A stretch of DNA of 64,000 bases from positions 620,001-684,000 of the forward strand of contig JAAOMT010000352.1 in NCBI GenBank assembly GCA_016748015.1, written 5' to 3'. A model generated the notes under the pieces. It did no database searches, had not been told where the DNA came from, and worked only from the letters and a program-made list of their open reading frames with translations. The first letter of the stretch is position 1; every line of letters starts with the position of its first letter. The position numbers and the translations under genes are program-made. The DNA is from Geosiphon pyriformis uo1. Lineage: Eukaryota; Fungi; Glomeromycota. Of this stretch, positions 45,447 to 55,759 are shown in pieces.

Positions 45447-46520
45447 TGTTACAAGTAAACTTGAGGGGTATGGGAAATGGTAATGTTTGGTGCTCTCAAT
45501 TATTGATGATGTGTCTTCTGCATAATTCTGTTGGCTTAGTCTTGATTATCAGTTTCTGAAGATCTATTTCTAGATGTGATTTTACCCATTGAGTTCTTTG
45601 GTTATAAGGCACAGAGTTTGTCTTTCGTCAATTATAATGTTTTCCATAAATGTGAGCTTTCTTCTCTGAGCTAACGAGCACAGTTATTAGGGTCTGGTAT
45701 TGTCTTTTTACCCTTCTGGTAAGCTAACAAGATAATGTTAATATCCAAAACTTAGAAAAAGCTTCCCTCTTTTACCAGGCTATCACAAAGTCTATTCCCA
45801 GACAGTCAATTTTACTATGTTGCCACTCCACACAAAAAAAATAAAAAAAAAAAAGAAAAGAAAAAGAAAAGAAAAAAAAGAAAAGATAAATTAGTATTAT
45901 CAATCACTATAATCAAGAGCGATTGGTTCAAATTGTTAATAGTTTGAGATGGTTATGCTAAGAGCATCTGTTCTAGAACAAAAGTATAAAACAAAAGTTA
46001 ATTCATGTAAATTCCACAAAGTTTGAGAACATGAATTTGTGATTCTGATTTCTTTAATAATTGGTTTATTTCAGAAGATGAAATAGAGAAGATAATAAAT
46101 GATAAAGAGATATGAATATTTGATTCTTGTCTAGAGATTCATATATATCTGTCTGTTTTTCTAATTTCTACAACTACTTGCTTTTATACATTCTTTTGGT
46201 TTTACAGGATTGCTTTCAATTGTCTCGCTATTGCTAGTTATTGTTTTGCTATTTCTGTTATTGTTTTGTTTTTCTACATTATCACTAGTTATCCTATGTT
46301 ATAACATGTTATCTGATATTATTATATGTTATTCTGTGTTATCTTGCATTATAACACATTATTCTACGTTATTGTGTACTATTTTGTGTTATCTTGTGTT
46401 ATAACATATTATCCTATGTTATAACGCATTATTCAATGTTATTGTGTACTATTCTGTGTTATGTCACATTTTGGTCACATTTCTTCATAACTTTGGATCG
46501 GTTTTTCTACTCAGGTAACA
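45447..46520 (-). repeat. B1 5' LTR (1074 bp) with 10-bp array ~46287-46466
   Basis: Adjacent to PBS 45428-45444; ends GGTAACA at 46520. Confidence 0.95.
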
Positions 46521-46524
46521 ATGT

Positions 46525-47369
46525 TGTTACAAGTGTTTATTTGGGATCTCAAATCAAATAACAAATTCATAACTTGGTGCTGATTAATATAATAATGTTG
46601 TTATTTTCTGAAAATATGGTTGTCTGAAAGTTTTGGTGTCTGAAGGTTTTGGTTGAGTCTTTTGTATAATGAACAGAGATGTAATTGATTGGTTTATTCG
46701 TAGCTTTCTGAAACTACAGTTTCATCAAATTTTTTTCTCAGCATGGTGGCCGGCAATCTTCTTAGTAAGCTATTCTCAAATTTATAAGTGCTTTACTCTT
46801 GTTTCACAGGTTTTTTACCAGTTCCTATGACGTCTGTAACTCAGTACTTTAATTCTTAATCAATTAGTCAATAAAAAAAATAAAAAAAATAAAGAAATAA
46901 ACAAAAATAATTGCAAGTTAGTATCCTGTTAATAGCTGTGATCAAGAGCTATTGTTCCAGTATGCTTAAGTATCAATTACTATCAACATGAAGTATTGAT
47001 AGTGTAGAATAGATTGAAATAGTGAATAATTATTTATTAATATTTGTGAATTAGAAGGTTGCTTAGATTAAATCTAAATAGAGAGATCTGTCTTTTCTAC
47101 TTCTAATGCTACCACTATATATACATAATTGAAATTCCTCAATTCCTTGATTTTTTACACCAGAAATCCTGGAATTCCTGGAATTCTGCAATTTCTTTTA
47201 AAAAAAATTCTGAAATTCTGGAATTCTGCAATTTCTTGTACAAGAATTCTGAAATTTCTGAAATCCTGCAATTTTTCTTGAGAGGAATCCTGAAATTTCA
47301 TATTTACTGCAGCTACATCTGATTGGCTAATTTATATGCTAATATCTTTCTTATATTTTATGAGTAATA
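46525..47369 (-). repeat. A4 3' LTR (845 bp) with GGAATTCC-type array ~47130-47300
   Basis: TGTTAC / GTAATA termini; PPT 47370-47385. Confidence 0.9.
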
Positions 47370-47382
47370 TTATTTCCTCCTT

Positions 47383-48021
47383 TTAATATTGAGTTCCATC
47401 AAGATTTTCCAAATCTTTTAACTTCAATTCTCTGTCTTTGAGTATTTCTTGAACTTTTTTTTCGAAAATTACTTGAATTATCTTGTTCTGTAATTTTTCA
47501 AATTGGGTGTTGATTATTTTTCCCATTTAGTTAACTGTAATAGAGTCTATTTCTGGATTAAGTAAGATTTCTGGTCTGTCTTGAAATCCCATATGTAGTC
47601 GGTAGATGGCTTTTGCTTGTGTATTCAAATTGTTCTTTCCCACAAATTGTTTCAGTTGTTGCAGTATTGTTGTATTGAATAGTTGTTTTGTTTTATCTGT
47701 GTATAAGTTCTGAATATTCAAGTGTCATCCCAAGTAGAAATAACAAAAGTTCCTTGGAAATTCATGTATCCACCATTTCCAAGTTTTTCTGGTTAATTCT
47801 TGATATGTGGTAATACTTGTTGGTTCTTCTATTGCTAATTTTATTTTCAAAACCATTTTTTTGATAGGGTTTTCTGTTTTTTTTTGACTTTTGTATTTGG
47901 GTATCTTTCTAGTATCTTGGTATCAAATGGTTTATTGATTGATAATAATTTCCATATTCTGTTGTTGAATCAGTTGGAAGAGTTGTTGTGCTAATAAGTA
48001 AATATTATTAGTGATTTCTAT
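47383..48021 (-). pseudogene. A4 ORF3
   Basis: Includes ORF 47527..47721; close to A1/A3 ORF3; TATA 48055-48062. Confidence 0.82.
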
Positions 48022-48075
48022 TTTTCTGAAGTTTTCTATTACATCTTCCATGTTTTTATATACTTTTTTTATTGT

Positions 48076-51000
48076 TTAATTTTACATGTTTGGTCCAATA
48101 ATAATGATTGGTTCCAGATCTTGTGGAATCTCATCTGGTTGTACTAGTATTTTCTGTACTTCTAATTGTGAAATATTACTGATGAATGGTGATACTATAT
48201 GGTGATATGGTTTCAGTCAATTACTATGTACTGCTTTGGCTAAAATTTTGTTGTCCCATCTTAATTTATAAGCTCTATTTCTAAGAATTTTTTCTATGTA
48301 AAATGGTCCATCTTATTTGGGGTCAAATTTTTTACTTTATTGTTTTTCTGCTTTGATATGATGTAAAAATACTTTGTCTCCAAGCTTAAATTCAATTGAT
48401 TTATCTGGAAGTTGGTTATCATGTCTTTTTTTTTGTTTTTCTTGTGACTTTTGAATATTATCAGCTGCTCTTCATTGCTTGTTTTCTAAAGTTTCTATCA
48501 AGTTATATGTTCTTCTTAGCAATGTTTTCTGAAAATTATTTTTAGTTATTGGTTCTGTTGGATATGTTTTGACTTCTATCTCTACTGGTAATGTTGCTAT
48601 TCTACCATATATTAGTTCAAATAGTATTGTTTGTATAGTGTCTTGCTTTATTGTTTGATAAGCAAATAATACTGATGGTATAATCAAGTCCCATTCATTC
48701 TGGTTTTCTTGGCTGATTTTGGCAATGGCTTCACACAATGTTTTGTTAAACCTTTCTACTAACTCATTTGTTTGTAGATGGTATGGTGATGATAATGGTC
48801 TTTTTATCTCAAATTTTTGACTTAATTTTGCCAATGTTTTATTCACAAAGTGAGTTTTTTGATCAAATAATAATTTTTTGAACATCTGTATCGATAGATC
48901 AAATCCTAATGAATAAATTCGGTAACAGATTTTGCATCTGCTCTTTGAATGGCTTTTGCTTCTGGCCATTTAGTGAAATAATCTATGGCTACTGCAATAT
49001 ATCTGTTGCCTCTGCTAGTTATTATTATTGGTCCAACTAAGTTAATTCTGATCCGATTGAATGGTTGTCCCACTTTGATTGGTCTTAATGGTTTACTGGG
49101 TTTTGTTCCTCTTCTTTTCTGACAAGCATCACAATTTTGAACATATTGGATGATATCTGAATACATTGATGACCAATAATATCTTTTTCTGGTTCTTTCT
49201 ATGGTTGCTTCTTTATGAAAATATCTTGCTGTTGAATCTGAGTGCATGTTGAATAATATTGTCTCTTTTTCTGGTTCTATGATTACTCTGGTTGGTTAAT
49301 TTGGATTTCTTTTGTTCTTCTGGTAAAGTATATTTTGATGGTTAATAAAATATTTTAATTGTTGTTTTATGTTTTTTTGTTCCTTTTGAGATAATTTCTT
49401 CTTGAACAATTGGGTATTTATATAATGTTGGAGTTGCTGGTATTTTTGTATATTCATCTTTTTGTTATATTTTTGGGTTGAAATGTTTTTAGATTTGTCT
49501 TATTTACAACAAACTGTCGACATTTCTGTTGTCTTTTCTCTTTTTATAATGTACTGTAAATGTATATGGTGATAGTGCTATTTTCCATCTCACATGACAA
49601 TTGTCTCCAAATTTTTGCTTCTGGATTGAAGTCAATTCTTTGTGGTCAGCATAAACATCAAACTTTTGGCTCAAGTATTTTTTCCATTTGGTAACAGCCC
49701 AATAGATAGCTAAATGCTTTAATGCTGGAGTTACATAATTTTTTTCAGCTGGACTTAAGCTTCTACTGGCATATGCTACTGGATGTTTTTTTTTGTTTGG
49801 TCCTTTCTGTAATAGTACTGCTCCCAATGTTTGGCCTGATGCATCAGTGGTAATGATAAATGGTTTGTTGTAATCTAAATACATTAATACTGGAGCTTGG
49901 ATAAGCTTTCTTCTTAATATATTAAAAGCTTTTTGTTGGGCTTCTGTTCATTCGTACTTTATGTTCTTGGTTTGCAAGTGATGGAGTGGTTGGGCTAATT
50001 TAAAGAAGTCTTTGATAAAGCAGCAATAGTATTCAACAAATCTCAAGAATGCTCTCAATTCTGTGAGATTATTTAGTACTGGAAAGTTCTTGACAATCTC
50101 AATCTTATCTGGATCTATTTTGATTCCATCTTTGCTCATCACATGTTCCAAAAACTTGAGTTCAGTTTTTTCAAAAAAACATTTGGTTGCATTTAACTTT
50201 AATCTGGCTCTTCTTAGTCTTTTGAACACTTATTGGAGATAATGCAGATGATCATCAAATGTTTTTGAGAACACATTGGTATTATTCAAGTATATGATTA
50301 CTAATTTCTATAGTAGCCCAGTATAAACAATTTCCATGAGCCATTGGAATGTTGCTGGAGCATTTATCAAGCCAAATAGCATGACTTCAAACTCAAAATT
50401 CTTTTTTTTTATGGTAAATGCTGTTTTCTCTTTGTTGACTGGATCCATGGCTACTTGCCAGTAACTACTATCTAAATCTAGAGTTGAGAACCATTTCTTC
50501 CCTCCAAAGCATCGAAAAGTTCTTGGATCTTTGGAATTGGGTAGCTGTCACCTTTGGTTACTCCATTTAGTTTCCAGTAATCCACACAAAAGCAGATTTT
50601 TCCATTTTTTTTATGGACTAGTACCACTAGTAATAACCATGAACTTATTGATAACTGAATTAACCTGTTGTTAAACATCTGATTGATTTCTTGACAAATG
50701 ATTTCATGGCTAGCTGGTAGTACCCTGTATGCTCTCTGTTTAATTGGCATTGTATCTCTAGTTTTGATTTGATGTTGGATAATATCAGTTCTGCCAAATT
50801 TGTTTTCATTGGCAAAGATGTCATTAAAATTGTTAAGTAACATCTTGAGTTGCATCTGTTGAAGTGAGTCTAGATTTCCCAAATTCATCTGTTCCAATTG
50901 TTTTGGTTAGAGCAGATAACATTTTCCTTGTCTGTAGATTGTTTGTGATGTGATATCCACATATTCACAAAGTTGTGGAAAGTCTGGAATGGTGTCTGGC

Positions 51001-54000
51001 CATTGATTTTCAATTTCAGTGGTTAAATATCTAATGGTGGTTCCTTCCAGTATCTCTATAATGTCTTCTGTATTGTTGTAAATAGGAATTTTTATGTGAC
51101 CAAGGTTTTTGGCTGGTATGTGTAAATTGACTAATCCAATTTTTCTTGATTCACAAAGAGTTGCTTTTGCTTCAAAAATCTGTATCTGATGCTTTACTTT
51201 TCTCTCTATAACTACCATATACTGGTCATATGGTGGAATAGAAATTGATTAACAGATTGAGATAATTTCTTCTTTGTCAACAATTTCTTCCTCTGCCATA
51301 TTAACTGGTACATCTAGTCTATCTGTTGATCTGAATCTTTGTATTCTTCTTGCTGTTATCCCTAGTTCTTTCTTAGTTTTTACTGGTACTAATTGAGCTA
51401 TTTTAATCAGAGGCAGAAATATTGCCTGTGCTATCTTTTCATTTGGATCTATTATGTAGGCCTTTTCTGAATCATTTTGTAGCATAGCAATAATATTTCT
51501 TATGTATCCTGCATCAATTATTCCTCTTCTGATGTTGATTCTCTTTTTCATTAAACTATTTCTAGATGCTAGTTGAACTATTGTTGTTGCTAGAATTTCT
51601 AATGCTACTTTGAGATCAATGTATGTGCACGAATGTGGTTCCAATTTAATGGCATTCTTCTCTAAATATTTCAGATCAAACTTAGCATCAGTATTATGTG
51701 CATGTTCTGGCATAATACTTTCATTTTTATCACTAAACCATTTAAGTTTCTGCTTCTTGGTAAGGTCAGAGAGTGCAATATATGTTTTGGGATTTGAATC
51801 AAAGTCCGAATCATTGTTATTTTCATTGTCATATTGAGCAGAGCTGGAACCATTATTTTCATTATCATTGTTGTCAGAGTTTGATTCAGAATTGAAAGTT
51901 GATTCTGATTTCAATATGCAGCTGTCGATTGGTTTGTCTTCTTCTGGAATTGTGTAGATCATGCATGGTAGTAGATTGTAAATGAGATCACACTCATTAC
52001 AATATTGGAAGTCACATGGGATTAGACAATGTTGATACAGTCTAGTGTTTAGCTGTTCTAAGCATTGCTCTTGCTTTTCCCTTGTGGGCATTAGTCCTTG
52101 GTAGTGTTCGTGAAATTGTTTTAAATCTAGGAGGTTTATGACTGGTTTTGGGTCTCAGTCAAGTTCTATGGGTTCCAGTGGGTTATTTTTAATTGTTTTT
52201 ATCTCTTCTGATGATGCTTCTTCAATTTTGGTGAGTGCCATTTACCAGATTTTGTCATTATTGTGAGAATATCCATCCAGACATTTGACTGCTTGTTTTC
52301 AGATGGCATCTATGGATATTCCTTTTTTCATCCAGTCACTTATGAGAATCATGTACTAACATGATTTGTCACACATTCCTCCTTGTCTAGGAATGTTATT
52401 CCACATTTCTTTGTCTAGAAGAGTTTCTCTACAAGTCAAGCATAGTTCATTATTCCATTTTCCAACTTGTTTTGGCCTTTCAAATCTTTCAATGATGCAT
52501 GAGTGGCAGTAAAATTTAGTTGCCATTAGATATTTCTCATTGTTGCCACAGCATGTGCCTATTGATGACAATTTTTTGCCACAATTAACACATATGAGCT
52601 TTAGTTAATGATAATACAATTGTGGTGGTTGAGAGTAAGTATATAGAATATATGTTGAGGTAGTGTCTGGTTCTGATCTTTTCTCTTTTCCTTTTCCTTT
52701 TTCTTCCCAAGTTTAAATTGGTGACTGCTCACTTTGGTTATTACTGTTCCAGTACCTTTGGTTGGTTTTCCCAATAAGTTCTTCTTCTCTTTTTTCCTTT
52801 TTTTTGTTGTTCCATGATGGTATTGACAGTAGTTTGTTGTGTTCTGTGTTGGCCCAAGAGACTTGGTAGGCTTTTCAGATAGGTTTCTTTTTCTCTTTTT
52901 CAAACTCGATGAGTGAAGCTGATGTCATAGTGATAGACTTGAAGTGGTCACATGTGGCTGGTACATATAGATGTTAACTGTTTTGACTAATCTGGAGTTT
53001 TTGGATGTTTCAATTGAGCATTGCATTGGCTTTGAACAGCCAGTTATTACCAATGAGTGCTTGGTATTAGGTAGCCTCCATAACTAATACTTTGATTGGC
53101 ACCATAATGCCATTAACCTTTATAGGAAGATTATTAATCTCACCAATTGGAGTTTTGGTTGCTCTATCAGCAGTAATTATGCATGTGCTGGCAGCACAAT
53201 CAACTCAGCAACCTAATTGGTCCATGAGTTGTTATGTAATAATGCTGTCAGCTAATCCACTATTCAGAATCAATTTGATGGCATGACCATTAATCTTCAT
53301 GTTAATGTACATAGCAGTAATCAGTTTGATGTCAAGAGTGACTCTACTGAATAATGAAACTGGTGTGGTTTCCTCAAGTTTGAAAAGAAAAATAGCTACT
53401 AAAGATTTGTCATTGGAGATGGTTGCTGGTGGAATATTGTTAATAAGTGGTTGTTTTTGTTTGAGTTCTCAGTTGTTGGGTGAGGTGTTTTTTGGAATAA
53501 CCAGAAGACTTAAATACTGTTAGGTATTTGGGTTTTGGGTGTACCCAGTGCCCAAATTCTGTTGTCGAGATCCTAATGGCTGGTACAAGAAACTGGGAAT
53601 CAGTTGATAGACTACTATCAACAATATCCAGCTCTGTTGTGTCAGTCTTAGTCTTTGAGTTCTATTTTGAGATAAGTTTTGTGGCAGTATTTGAATTTGT
53701 TGGGATTGATAGATTACTTGAGACTGTGGCTAATAGATTGGCTGGGACTATGGTTGATAGATTACTGGTATTGTTGGCTAATAAACTGGTGGTTGATAGA
53801 TTGGCTGTTGTGTTATTGATAGGTAATTTGGTTGATACAGTTCTGGGTTTGATTGATAATTTGGAGTCTGAAACCTGCAATTGGAGTTTTGATATTGATT
53901 TTCTGATTGTTGGTTATCTAGTTTTAACTTACAGTTAATTCTTAAATGTTCTTGTTTACCACAGTAGTGGCAAACACACATTTCTTGCTGCCATGTCTGA

Positions 54001-55600
54001 TTGGTTAAAGATAATAGATACAACTGATTTAGTGGGTAATTTATGCTTCCAGAATTATTACGTCATTAAGGTGGCTAATAAATTGCTCGATTGTCAGCTA
54101 AGTATTCTTCCAACTTCTAATTGATTGAATCACTGAGCTGTTTCAATTTGGAATTCAAGTCAGATGATCCATTCATGACCAGATTAACAGCTTGAGCATG
54201 GTTTGCTTCAAGTTTTGCCAATTCAAAATCTCTCATATTGGTGACTGCGTCCTGGAGAATTTATGGATGCATTGGGCATATGCATTAGAGAAAACTACTG
54301 CACAATCTATGGATGAACTGGTTTAGAATTTGTGGTACTGTAAAATAATCAGCTTGAATTGCTTGAATTTGGCACAAGTTCCTGTGGATCCTAAGTAAGT
54401 AGTAACTGCTTCAGTTTCTTCTTGTTTAATTGTAGTAAAAGTGTTGACTAGGTGATTAATGCTGTTATTATTACTGAAATATCCCAAGAATGCAGTTTTA
54501 AATTTCTAGAATGTTTGTGGTTTAGTGGCTAAACTCTGATACCATGTGTCAGTGATATCTTGTAAAAAATAAGAAATTGCTTAAAGGGCTCTGTCATCAT
54601 TCTATTCATTGACTGCAATGGTTTTTTCCACATTATTGAGCCATACTTGGGCGTCATCTTCTTTGCCAGTAAATTTCTTTATTTTGGCGATTGGAGCATA
54701 AGCCATTGGTTGTTGTTGTGGTTGCTGCTGGATTTGTTGTTGAAGTAGTGGTTGTGGCTGTTGTTGCTGTTCAGTAATTGGTGGAGCTAGTGGTGGATTA
54801 ATTATGATTACTGGAGGTAAGTGTTGATTAATTATGTTGGGGTTTTGATTGTTCTGGTTTTCCAGAGTTTGATTAACTGGAGTTTTAATTTCTGAATTTT
54901 CTAGAATTGGGTTTTGCTTGTTAACTTTCTAATTGCCACTCTTTTCTTTCTTAGAATTGGTTATTTCCCAAGGACCAATGGCTTTGAAATCTGGTTGTGG
55001 TAATGGTAATTAAATTTTTGATGGTGTTGGGGATCAAGATTTAAATCTTTTGAAATAATTGCCATATGTTCCTAATAATTCTGCTTTCTTTTGTTTACTT
55101 TGGAATAGAATTCTGTTTAGTGACATTGTTGTGTTTGCTGTAGCTGTACTTATTATATTAATAGTGCTTCCAGGTATATGGTGATATAATAGATTAGCAC
55201 ATGAATCAAATTTTTGTTTCTTCCAAGTGGATAGTTGGATTTGCTTTGGTGTTCTTGCTGGTATTTGTAACCTTTCTTTTCCTTTGTCGGCAAAAATGAT
55301 AAAAAATCTCTGTTTGGTGTATTTTTCAATTTCCCTGTTTATTTCTGTAATTAAGAGTGCAAATAGATAGTTTTGTGGAAAGATGGTGCTTTGGAGCAAT
55401 TCACTGAAGAAGTTGTTGAAAGTGAATTCTGGATCTCCTTGGCCTCCTAAATAATATACAATTCTCTTGTTTATGTATCAATTGAAAGCTGATTTTGTTG
55501 GCCAACTATTATTTATTAATCCAAGATAGGTGTAATAATATTGGAATAAGGATTTTGCAAATCCTAAATGGTTTGTTCCTATTTCTTTAGATTCTGCCAC
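48076..55600 (-). pseudogene. gag-pol: A4 gag-pol pseudogene
   Basis: ORF fragments 55034..55399, 53778..54023 (CHYCGKQEHLRINC), 52356..52571, 51249..52091 (dUTPase GIIDAGY), 50478..50897, 49948..50229, 49504..49884, 48472..49247. Confidence 0.9.
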
Positions 55601-55759
55601 TGTTTAGATGGGGTTGTTAGTACTGGTTCTCTGTAGGATTATATCTCACAGGAAGCACCAAATGTTACAAGTGTTTATTTAGAGTCTCAAATTAAATAAC
55701 AAACCTGTAACTTGGTATTGATTGATATAATGATGTTGTTACTTTCTGAAAGTATGGTT

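Larger units (their letters stand above)
29521..46520 (-). mobile_element. Complete family B element B1 (~10.2 kb without nested C); TSD inferred ACGT (ACAT left, ATGT right)
   Basis: Two ~1.05 kb LTRs, PBS 45428-45444, PPT 30565-30581; gag sequence continuous across the C insertion. Confidence 0.92.
46525..55759 (-). mobile_element. Family A element A4 (3' LTR 46525-47369, internal region, PBS 55644-55660, 5' LTR 55663-55759 truncated)
   Basis: Sister LTR ends align with transitions only; full domain series. Confidence 0.9.
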
